The notes under the pieces were generated by a model. The model was given only the letters and a program-made list of their open reading frames with translations. It did not search any database and was not told the DNA's origin. This document shows, in pieces, positions 28,812-37,334 of a DNA stretch of 64,000 nucleotides (position 1 is its first letter; each line of letters begins with the position of its first letter). The translations under genes and the position numbers were made by a program. Source of the stretch: an uncultured delta proteobacterium (GTDB taxonomy: Bacteria > Desulfobacterota > Binatia > UBA9968); contig CAWFJP010000005.1 of the NCBI GenBank assembly GCA_963816145.1, forward strand, positions 64,001 to 128,000, given 5' to 3'.

Positions 28812-28948
28812 CTCGGAATATCTCCCGCAAAGACGCCAAGGCCGCAAAGATCGGCGAACAGGGATAAAAATAATTTGAAAGAATTATTGTTCTACTCATC
28901 CGAACTTGGCGTCTTTGCGCCTTGGCGGGAAAAGTTTCCGAATCCGAG
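28812..28948. repeat. CGCAAAG/CGCCAAG-family intergenic palindrome
   Basis: tcccgcaaagacgccaaggccgcaaag ... cttggcgtctttgcgccttggcggga; relatives at 6255-6366 and 62094-62147. Confidence 0.7.
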
Positions 28949-29063
28949 TGGCTTCAAATTCCAGGTCATTTGCGCATACCGCGCAAATTGTAAGATATAG
29001 TAATACAGGACAGGAAGGGTTCGGGCGATTGGAAAGGGTATCGGAAGATTGTTCGGCAGCCTT

Positions 29064-29639
29064 TTAGGGCAGCTTCATCAGGACATGTTGCAGGACGGCT
29101 TTGCTGAGCTCCAAGGACGACTCCGGCTTCTTCCACGCGCTGACGGCGCCGCCGACGGTATTTTTGACAAACATGATCATGGCGGATTTGTACTCCGACT
29201 TGGGGTCGGCCTGGAGCTCGACATAAAAGGCGCTGGCGCCGAGCCCATCGATGGGGTTCATGGCGATGATTTTGAACGGGGCATCCGAACTCCCCGCCAT
29301 TTTGCGGAACTGATCCATGGTCGCTTGATGAATCGCTTGCGCCGCTTCCGCCGTGGGGAAAAATCGCAAGTTGACATCGAGAAAGCGTGCGATTTCCGTG
29401 GGATCGTCGGATTTCACACCTTGCGGCAGGTAAGTGCACAGGGAGTCGTGAGTCCAGGGCGCATTGATCATGATTTTCTTGTCGATCTTGGTAACGTCGA
29501 GCGGCGCGCCGATGAACTTCTCGGCATCCGCCGCTGTAACGGTCGTACAGGCGTTGATATCGACCGGTTCCGCCGCGCGAGCGCCCAGAGGATTCGAGAG
29601 CAGGCAGATGGTTAGCATTAAGATATTCTGGATGTTCAT
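29064..29639 (-). CDS. Hypothetical exported protein (paralog A)
   Basis: Signal peptide ending ARA; aligns end to end with the neighbour at 29706-30293. Confidence 0.75.
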   Translation of the reverse strand: MNIQNILMLTICLLSNPLGARAAEPVDINACTTVTAADAEKFIGAPLDVTKIDKKIMINAPWTHDSLCTYLPQGVKSDDPTEIARFLDVNLRFFPTAEAAQAIHQATMDQFRKMAGSSDAPFKIIAMNPIDGLGASAFYVELQADPKSEYKSAMIMFVKNTVGGAVSAWKKPESSLELSKAVLQHVLMKLP

Positions 29640-29705
29640 CGGTTCGCCTTGTCGGTGTGATTTACTCGCGCTCCGCTGTGCAATTCGGGTTAAATGAATC
29701 ATCTG

Positions 29706-30293
29706 TCAAGGCAAACGGCTGAGAATAAATTTCAATACTGCCTTGCCGGTTTCCGAAGCTGGCTCGGGTTTTTTCCATGCGGCGACGCTGCCGCCGATGC
29801 GGCCTTTGTAGAAAACGATCAACGCCGATTTGTAATCACTCTGGGGATCGGTGATTGCTTCAAAGACAAACGCTTTATCGCCGAAACCGGGCAGATAATT
29901 GATCGACGGGTTTTTAAAGCGTGGATCCGGAGTGTTGGCTAATTGGGTGTAGGTGATGACGGAGTTCTCATAAATCACTGCCATGGTTTCTGGGGAATCC
30001 AAGAAGTGCAGAGTGACGTCGAGTAAGCGCGGTGAGGTGAGCGCTTTCTCCACGTCCATGCCGGGGGCGATGTAAGTGCATATTGAATTGTAGGCGCCCG
30101 GGGCGTTGTTAATCGGCACGATGGCCTGTTCCTTCACATCGAGCGGCCCGCCGACGAATTTTTGCGCGTCTTCGCGTGTGATCATACCGCAGGCGGTCGG
30201 TTGGGAGCTCTGGCTGATCTGGCCGAAAGACCGACCTGGCACAAGCCCGAGCACGACGACAACACCCATGAGTGCCACATATGATCTAATCAC
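29706..30293 (-). CDS. Hypothetical exported protein (paralog B)
   Basis: Signal peptide; shares AC..T..DA.KF.G.PLDV, CTY, YKSA, AWKKPE with paralog A. Confidence 0.75.
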   Translation of the reverse strand: MIRSYVALMGVVVVLGLVPGRSFGQISQSSQPTACGMITREDAQKFVGGPLDVKEQAIVPINNAPGAYNSICTYIAPGMDVEKALTSPRLLDVTLHFLDSPETMAVIYENSVITYTQLANTPDPRFKNPSINYLPGFGDKAFVFEAITDPQSDYKSALIVFYKGRIGGSVAAWKKPEPASETGKAVLKFILSRLP

Positions 30294-30369
30294 GATTCAC
30301 CTCTCCGGATGCTTCAAGCTCCTGGTTGACGGAGCGGCACTGTTCGTTCTGCATCATCCCTAACAAACC

Positions 30370-30576
30370 GGTTGATCCTCGGCTTTAACCCGAGGGGTTC
30401 TGAATTCGTCGACTAGAAGTCGGATTTTCTCGTCGTCATTCCGGCGTAGGCCGGAATCCAGGCTTTCTTTGGCCTTGCAGCGTGAGCGACCATGGATGCC
30501 GGCCTGCGCCGGCATGACACACGTTCTCTTCGCCCCAAGGCCAGGGATTTCAACCAACTTCGAGAGAGACATTAAC
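30370..30576 (-). mobile_element. ~205 bp non-autonomous dispersed element, copy 1
   Basis: Reverse complement aligns with 50832-51036; terminal hairpins plus an internal REP-like doublet. Confidence 0.6.
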
Positions 30577-30728
30577 AAAAATTATGATCACGAAAAAGAT
30601 TTTCCAGGCGGCCGCTGGATTCGCCGCGATCAGCTACGAATTTCACGGACCGCATATTCGATCTCGTTCTTCGCCTGCGGCACTTTTACGGGAGTTTTTT
30701 CAGGCTATGTTACAAAGCCGCTGTGCTG

Positions 30729-31718
30729 TTAGCGCTTGTAGAGTTTTTCGAACAAACCTTCGTCATCCACGCGCTTGACAAAGCTTGAGTCGACGAAGTC
30801 TTCAGGTTTCAAGCCCTTTGCTTTCGGATTGCGCAGGGCGGTTTCGTCTAGAATGGTTTTGATACCGGCCAGGGTCGGATAGGGCTTTTCCGGCATCGAT
30901 TTGATGGCGATCTCCCTGTGGGTCTCTTCGAGCGCCTCGCGGTCATCGGTTTTCAGATACTTGGCGAGGATTTTGAGCGTTGTTTCCTTTTCGCGCTTAT
31001 AGAAATAAATTCCTTCGGACAGTGTACGGATCACCGACAAAACAATGTCAGGATTATTCTTGAGGTAGGGGCGCAACGCCAACATGCCGGTCAATTGAAA
31101 CGGTATGTTGAGCTCGGCCATGTCGAGCAACGTGTTCATGCCGGCTTTGCGAGCCGTGAGGGTGAACGGCGGCGTGATGATCGTCGCCTGGACATTTTTC
31201 GATTGCAGCGCGGCATAGCGCGCGGTTTGCACGCCAATTTGCAACAACGTGACATCCTTCTCGGCGTTCAAGCCGACCTTCGCCAGCGCCATCTTGACGC
31301 TCAGATCCGTCGCGCTGCCGAAGCGGCTGACGGCGATCTTTGTTCCCCTCAGTTGATCGACTTTCTTGATTTCCGGGAGCGAGATGAGGCTGTAGGGGAA
31401 TGTGTTGAGCAGACTGGCGATGACCACGATATCGACACCGGCAAGGTGGCTCACCACTGACGAGGATCCGTCCGACAGCGTCATGGCGACATCGCCGCCG
31501 AGCATCGCCTGTATGCCCAGCGATCCGCCGGTGGTGAACACCAGCGTCGGATCGAGATTGTATTTCTTGAACAAGCCGACTTCCTTGGCGACGATCAACA
31601 CCGCCTGGTAGGGGCTGGTCGCCGTGTAGGCGATGTTGATCTTGCGCAGTTGGGCATCGACGCGGACCGATATGAAAAGACTGAGCAGGATTGCTAGCTT
31701 GAAAAAATGTCTGTTCAT
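30729..31718 (-). CDS. ABC substrate-binding protein, NMT1/SsuA/TauA family
   Basis: AKEVGLFKKYNL, AVSRFGSATD, PYPTLAG, FVDSSFV. Confidence 0.9.
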   Translation of the reverse strand: MNRHFFKLAILLSLFISVRVDAQLRKINIAYTATSPYQAVLIVAKEVGLFKKYNLDPTLVFTTGGSLGIQAMLGGDVAMTLSDGSSSVVSHLAGVDIVVIASLLNTFPYSLISLPEIKKVDQLRGTKIAVSRFGSATDLSVKMALAKVGLNAEKDVTLLQIGVQTARYAALQSKNVQATIITPPFTLTARKAGMNTLLDMAELNIPFQLTGMLALRPYLKNNPDIVLSVIRTLSEGIYFYKREKETTLKILAKYLKTDDREALEETHREIAIKSMPEKPYPTLAGIKTILDETALRNPKAKGLKPEDFVDSSFVKRVDDEGLFEKLYKR

Positions 31719-31814
31719 GGTTGGTTTTCTCGACGTTTTTAGTTCCTGGTCCCAAGTTTTCGGTTAACTCGAAACCAGAAACTTGGAACCAGCAACGGCG
31801 AGCGTCAGCGCTCG

Positions 31815-32591
31815 CTATTTTTCCGGCTCATACTGCAAACTGTCCCGGATCAGATTCGAAATGCCGCGGGCGATCGGCCGGCGGATTTCTTCGCCGACAT
31901 GTGCGAGTCCGCCCAAGGCGCGGCCGAGGATGGCGAAGCTTTTCGACATTTGCCAGTGGAAGCCCATGTCCTGCGAAATTGCGGCGATGGCGCCGGTGAC
32001 GTTGACGGGCAGGTGCTTGCCGACTTTCTGGTCGGCGATCTTGCCGATTTTTTTCAACAGCTCGCAGTTTCGGCCGTAGGTCTTGGTTTCTTGGGCGATC
32101 TCGAACAGCCGGTCGGCGCGCGGGTCGCCGCCCGTGTGTATGCCATGGCCGATGCCGGGGATCAGTTGATTGTTCGCCAGGCGGCGCTCGACGGTCTTGA
32201 GCGCGACCGCGTCGAGATCGGCATCCTTAGCTTCTTTGGCTAGCGCCTCGCTGAGCATTTTGGCGCAATACTCCGACGAGCCCAGATGCACGCTGCCGGC
32301 GCCGAGAATCGCCGCGGCCACCGCACCCTGAATCGCTTCGGGCGCGGAGTGAAAAGTCATGCGCGCGGCGGCGGCGCCGGTGGTCATGCCATGGTCGACC
32401 AGCACGATCAACATCGAGTCGATCATCTTGCCTTCATCGACGGTCGGCAGCCGCCCCTGGAGCATCAAACAGACCATCTGCGAGAAGCTGATCTTGCCGA
32501 GCAGATCCTTATTCAAATCATAATTGCGCACATAGATCTTATCGAGCTCGGCTCTGCCCATCGCGGAGACTAATTTTGGAACATCGGCCAT
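31815..32591 (-). CDS. Citrate synthase-like / citryl-CoA lyase family protein
   Basis: LVDHG, GSVHLG, IPGIGH..H..GDPR, PVNV.GAIAA; GGAGG RBS. Confidence 0.85.
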   Translation of the reverse strand: MADVPKLVSAMGRAELDKIYVRNYDLNKDLLGKISFSQMVCLMLQGRLPTVDEGKMIDSMLIVLVDHGMTTGAAAARMTFHSAPEAIQGAVAAAILGAGSVHLGSSEYCAKMLSEALAKEAKDADLDAVALKTVERRLANNQLIPGIGHGIHTGGDPRADRLFEIAQETKTYGRNCELLKKIGKIADQKVGKHLPVNVTGAIAAISQDMGFHWQMSKSFAILGRALGGLAHVGEEIRRPIARGISNLIRDSLQYEPEK

Positions 32592-32691
32592 AAAACCTCC
32601 TTTAAGGTGTTTGTTTCGGGTTACGAGTTTAGAGCTCGAGTTTTTGGGCGACAACTCGTAACCCGAAACCCGCGACTCGTAACCACTTTGC

Positions 32692-33792
32692 TTAGTTCAG
32701 CTTCAACAACTTCGCGGCATTGCCACCCATTATTTTACGTTGCGTCTCGGCGTCGAGATCGTCGCGGTTCATAATCATGTCGGTGACGCCGGGAAAGGTG
32801 GCGTCCCAGTGGGGATAGTCCGAGGCGAACACGACATGATCGGCGCCGATGGACGAGATCACTTCGCCCAGGCGGGTTTCGTCGGCCTCGAAGGACACGA
32901 AGCATTGGCGGCGAAAGTAGTCGCTCGGTTTCATTTTCAACCAGGGCACTTGGAACGGCAGCACTTCGTAGTGCTCGTCCATGCGCCAGAGCCAGTAGGG
33001 CAGCCAGCCGGCGCCGGATTCGAGAAACACGCACTGCAACTCGGGATGGCGCTCCAGGGCGCCGCGGCAGATCAAACTCAAGCTCGCGAGCATCTGCTCC
33101 AGCGGGTGGGATATCGTGTGCGTGAAAAACCACTGGCCGACAAAGCGGTCGGCGCCGGCGGTGGGCATGAACGCGCCCGAACCCTCGTGGATCAGCAGCG
33201 GCACGCCGAGATCGACGACGGTCTTGTACAGCGGGTCGTAGCACGGATCGTCGATGTTGCGCCCTTTGACCGGATTGGGCCTAACGAAGATTCCCTTGAA
33301 GCCCAGTTCTTTGACCGCCCGATTGGCTTCGTCGATGGCCAGCTTGACATCCTGCACCGGGACGGCGGCTACACCCATCAAGCGTTTGCGGTCGCCGCCG
33401 CAGTAGTCGTAGAGCCAGTTGTTGTAGGCGCGGCAGAGCGCCGCGGCGTAAGCGTCCTCTTGAACCGATGCCAAGTACAATCCAGCGGAGGGGAACAACA
33501 GGCCGCGATCAATGCGGTCGCGATCCATCGCCTCCAGGCGCTGCTTGGGATTGGTCGCCAAGTGGCGTCCTTCATTCACCGGTGAACCATCGGTCTTGAT
33601 CCGGAATGGCGACTCGTCGGGACGGCGGTGATGGCGATCGCCTTCCAGTCGGAATAAGAGCTGGCCATTGGCGACTTTCTCGATCTTCGGCGCGTGGGCG
33701 CGGAAGGGAGGTTCTAAATATTTCTCAAACAAATCGTCGGCCTCGCGCACATGGCCGTCGATATCGATGATGCGGATTCCGTTATCAGCCAT
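32692..33792 (-). CDS. Amidohydrolase_2 family protein (decarboxylase/hydrolase)
   Basis: IDIDGHVRE, CRAYNNWL, LESGAGWLP, ASDYPHWD. Confidence 0.9.
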   Translation of the reverse strand: MADNGIRIIDIDGHVREADDLFEKYLEPPFRAHAPKIEKVANGQLLFRLEGDRHHRRPDESPFRIKTDGSPVNEGRHLATNPKQRLEAMDRDRIDRGLLFPSAGLYLASVQEDAYAAALCRAYNNWLYDYCGGDRKRLMGVAAVPVQDVKLAIDEANRAVKELGFKGIFVRPNPVKGRNIDDPCYDPLYKTVVDLGVPLLIHEGSGAFMPTAGADRFVGQWFFTHTISHPLEQMLASLSLICRGALERHPELQCVFLESGAGWLPYWLWRMDEHYEVLPFQVPWLKMKPSDYFRRQCFVSFEADETRLGEVISSIGADHVVFASDYPHWDATFPGVTDMIMNRDDLDAETQRKIMGGNAAKLLKLN

Positions 33793-33928
33793 TTTTCTGG
33801 TCCTTCGGGTTTATCGTGAAGAGGAATTCACCACGAAGGACACGAAGAGCACGAAGTTCAGAAATAATATTTCCCAAAACCTTCGTGTCCTTCGTGCCTT
33901 CGTAGTGAACGAATTAAATTGACATACA

Positions 33929-34873
33929 TTATCGCCGTTCACGCAACACTTCTTCGACCACTGAAGCGTCGACGACGCGGTCGAGAGGCAGATCCGGTTT
34001 GCCTTGCTGGTCGAGCACCGTCCTGATCGCTTCGGCCAGCGGGCGGGCGTCGTCGATGATCAATTTGGCATAGATCGCATGGGATTCCACCGCCATGCCC
34101 TCGTCGAGGCCGTAGAATTTTTGCAGAAACGGCACGACTTCCGCCTTCTGGTTCTTGATCCAACGCAACGTGTCCAGTTGGGCCCGAACCATTCTTTTGA
34201 CCTGCTCGCGTTCCTGCGAGATTTTCTTGATCGATGTGCCGATGCCGACCGTGGCCATTTCCAGCACATCAGATGCGGTTCCGAGGATGTTGTAACCTTG
34301 GCGCTTGGCGACAATGAAGAACGGCAGCGATAGCGGTGACGCGTCGATAGTGCCATTGAACAGAGCCGGAAACCGCGTGTCCGATCCGCCCATGTTGACG
34401 AATTGGACATCACGCGGATCGACGCCGCCGCGGCGCAGGAGAAGGCGCGCGACGAAATCGTCGGCCGCGCCGATGGTCACGGCGATGGTTTTGCCCTTCA
34501 TGTCGGCGATGGTTTTGATGTTCGGCCTGGTGACGAGGGTATGGAACGATGAGCGGAGGGAGAGGCTGACGATGCGCACGGGCGCTCCTGAAATCGCGCC
34601 GCGCGACGTCGTGCTGGCGCCGATGGCATAATCGATCTCGCCGGCTTGCAAGGCGCCGATGGTGAGCGGCGGGCGCATGGCGATGATCTCGGCATCGAGG
34701 CCATGCCGACGAAAAAACCCGCGCTCCTTGGCCGCCCAGGTGTCGAGGAAGCCCAAGGATTTCGACGACACCGCGATGCGCACTTTTTCCGGCGAGCGTT
34801 CGGCGGCGAAGCCGGAATCCAAAGCGGTGGTTAAAAGCACAAGCGCCGCAAGGTTTCCAATGAGAAATTTCAT
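33929..34873 (-). CDS. ABC substrate-binding protein, NMT1/SsuA/TauA family
   Basis: AKERGFFRRHGLDAE, ALQAGEIDY, DMKGKTIAV. Confidence 0.88.
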   Translation of the reverse strand: MKFLIGNLAALVLLTTALDSGFAAERSPEKVRIAVSSKSLGFLDTWAAKERGFFRRHGLDAEIIAMRPPLTIGALQAGEIDYAIGASTTSRGAISGAPVRIVSLSLRSSFHTLVTRPNIKTIADMKGKTIAVTIGAADDFVARLLLRRGGVDPRDVQFVNMGGSDTRFPALFNGTIDASPLSLPFFIVAKRQGYNILGTASDVLEMATVGIGTSIKKISQEREQVKRMVRAQLDTLRWIKNQKAEVVPFLQKFYGLDEGMAVESHAIYAKLIIDDARPLAEAIRTVLDQQGKPDLPLDRVVDASVVEEVLRERR

Positions 34874-34956
34874 TATTTATGTTCTGTAACCAGGCAGCTG
34901 CAAGATAGCAAGCGATCCTTGATACGACAATGACTCCACGTTAGTGTCGAACTCCT

Positions 34957-35940
34957 ATGGCGACTCGAAAAAAGGTAATGACTAAGGTTTCGCTGCTGGC
35001 GCTGGCATTGGTTTGTTGGTTTTTCATGGCGAAGGCGACTGCCGCCGATAAGTTGCGCGTGAGCAACTGCTATATCGGTGGCGCCATTCTGCCCTTGTGG
35101 ATCGCCAAGGACGCAGGCTTTTATCAGCGGGAGGGATTGGACGTCGAGCAGATAACGATTCAAGGTAACCCCGCGGTCGCCTCCCTGGTCGCCGGCGAAA
35201 TCGATTTATTGTATTGCATACCCCATAATGTCATTAGCGCCATGGCCGGCGGCGCCGAATTGCAATTCATCGCCAGCGTCTACAACCGCATGCAGTACCG
35301 CATCGTCGCTGCGCCGGGCATCGATCGAGTCGAACAATTGAAAGGCAAGTTGATCGGCGTGGCGCGGATTCATGACGTGGCGCATTTTTACGTGCGTTTG
35401 GCGCTGAAAAAATTCGCTATGAACGCCGATCAGGACGTGCGTTTCCTCAGTACCGGCGGCCAGGCTGACCGGACGTTGGCGTTGAAAAATGGCCGCGTGC
35501 AAGCTTCGATCCTAAACCCCGCCTACGCCCTGACGTTGGAAAAAGATGGCTTTAAAACCATCCTCGATCTCGAGACCCTCAATTTCCCGGTGCTCGGCAA
35601 CATGACCTCGACGCGGCGCGCTTTCTTGAAGGAAAAGCGCCCACTGGCGGTGCGCTTTGTCCGCGCCCTGGCGGCAAGCATGAAAAGGATTCAAGACGAT
35701 CCGGAGTTGAGCAAGAAGGTTTTGGCGAAAAATCTGCGGCTGCAAGACAAAGCGATCATCGAAGAAAATTATCGCTTCAATTCTGGGAGAAATTTGGAAG
35801 CGTTTCCGACCCTGCCGCTGGACGCCCTGCGCTACGCCATCGATTCGCTGGTGCCGACGGTGCCGGCGGTAAAGAATCTGAAGCCGGAAGCGCTAGTGGA
35901 CCCGAGCATTCTTGCCGAAGTTGCGAAATCCATGCCGTAA
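34957..35940 (+). CDS. ABC substrate-binding protein, NMT1/SsuA/TauA family
   Basis: PLWIAKDAGFYQREGLDVE, LKGKLIGV, LVDPSIL; start may be 34978. Confidence 0.88.
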   Translation: MATRKKVMTKVSLLALALVCWFFMAKATAADKLRVSNCYIGGAILPLWIAKDAGFYQREGLDVEQITIQGNPAVASLVAGEIDLLYCIPHNVISAMAGGAELQFIASVYNRMQYRIVAAPGIDRVEQLKGKLIGVARIHDVAHFYVRLALKKFAMNADQDVRFLSTGGQADRTLALKNGRVQASILNPAYALTLEKDGFKTILDLETLNFPVLGNMTSTRRAFLKEKRPLAVRFVRALAASMKRIQDDPELSKKVLAKNLRLQDKAIIEENYRFNSGRNLEAFPTLPLDALRYAIDSLVPTVPAVKNLKPEALVDPSILAEVAKSMP

Positions 35941-36057
35941 ATGAAGGAGAAATTTTCACCACGAAGGCGCGAAGGACACGAAGGTTTCGGAAAATATTTT
36001 TTTCTCCGAACTTCGTGCTCTTCGTGCCTTCGTGGTGAGGGTGTTCTCTCTCTTCTT

Positions 36058-37044
36058 CTACTTGCCGAAAAGTTTTTTGGTCCAGCCGGAATCTTCCAAC
36101 TTTTTTATCACGCTGTTGTCGACCATGACCTTGGCGTCGAAGCGGGCCAGATCGGGCTGGTCTTCGGCCATCATGTTGGCTTGGCCTTGCAACTGGCTGA
36201 CCGAGGCGTAGGGCGGGATTTCGGTTTGCGTCGCTAAAGTATTCCAGGCTTCTTCCAGATGGACGTCGTCGGTGTTGCGCGTGTATTTACTGATGACCTG
36301 TTTGCTCTCGCGTTTGTTGGTGAGGATGTAGCGCAGCGATTCGAGCCAGGCCATGACAAAATTATCGACCACGGCCGGTTTGGCTTTCATGATTTTTCGC
36401 GTCGTGATCAGGCAGCGCACGCCGGCCGGCAGCTTGAGATCCTCGATGTCAAGCAGTCTTTTATAGCCCTCTTGCTCCAAGGGCAGGTTGTTGGGTCGGT
36501 TCAGGATGCTCGCCATGGTCAAGCCTTGGCGCAGCGCGGCGACACGTTCCGGCTGTAACCCCGTTTGCACCAAGCGCACCTCTTTGAGAGAGATGCCGTA
36601 GCGTTTGAGGATTTCCCGGACATAATGATGGGTCTGGTCGCCGACGCGGCTGATGCCGATCGGCTTGCCGCGCAGTTGTTCGATTCTAGTGATCGACGGA
36701 TGCGCGACCAACACGTAGTCGATGACTTTATTGGCCAGGCATCCGAGCAGCACGACATCGCCGCCCTTGGCGGCATAGGGGATGAACGGTGACGCCCCCG
36801 ATTGGACGAAGTCGAGCTCGCTGTTGGCGAGCGCCGCGAGGGTCGGCACCGTGCCGCGCATGTAGATCAAGCGCGCATCGAAGTTGTATTTGTCGAAAAT
36901 TCCTTTGTCCTTGGCAACCCAGAAGGGCGCGTAGGCGGCAGCGATACTGGTATAAGCCGCGGTGATACGCTCGGCGGCGAAGGCGGTCAGTGCCCAGACG
37001 CTGAGTAGGCCAAAAAAGGTGATGCCCCGTACTAAGTTTTTCAT
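36058..37044 (-). CDS. ABC substrate-binding protein, NMT1/SsuA/TauA family
   Basis: PFWVAKDKGIFDKY, LRGKPIGISRVG, VDNSVIKKLEDSG. Confidence 0.88.
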   Translation of the reverse strand: MKNLVRGITFFGLLSVWALTAFAAERITAAYTSIAAAYAPFWVAKDKGIFDKYNFDARLIYMRGTVPTLAALANSELDFVQSGASPFIPYAAKGGDVVLLGCLANKVIDYVLVAHPSITRIEQLRGKPIGISRVGDQTHHYVREILKRYGISLKEVRLVQTGLQPERVAALRQGLTMASILNRPNNLPLEQEGYKRLLDIEDLKLPAGVRCLITTRKIMKAKPAVVDNFVMAWLESLRYILTNKRESKQVISKYTRNTDDVHLEEAWNTLATQTEIPPYASVSQLQGQANMMAEDQPDLARFDAKVMVDNSVIKKLEDSGWTKKLFGK

Positions 37045-37129
37045 TGGCTTGGTGTTCTTTCCGGCTAAACAGTACATTCGTTCGCACCCGGCATTCAAGA
37101 GCGCGCGCCAGAGGCTTCCGCTCCGTTCC

Positions 37130-37220
37130 GTCATTCCGGCGCAGAGCCTGCCCCGGACTCGATCCGGGGCCGGAATCCAGGTTGGGTGCGGGGATGGATG
37201 CCGGTTTTCACCGGCATGAC
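37130..37220. repeat. GTCATTCCGGC-type palindromic element
   Basis: gtcattccggcg...gccggaatcca ... tggatgccgg...ccggcatgac; same core as found inside the 205 bp element. Confidence 0.7.
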
Positions 37221-37334
37221 GGATATGACTTGAATTGTGGATAAGCGATTGGCGCGACTGAGACTAAGCATTGAGTGTTGAAGGTGCAACTTGTTCCAGA
37301 TAAGTTCGCGCCAATAATCTTGAGGAGTAGGATC

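Noticed and set aside
30360-30578. 72-aa ORF and its look-alike at 50892-51254 as a protein family
   Set aside because: The similarity comes from the shared non-coding repeat, and the frame is broken between the copies.
33827-33909. CRISPR array from recurring cacgaag repeats
   Set aside because: The units are 8-9 nt within isolated palindromes; there is no repeat-spacer periodicity and no cas gene.
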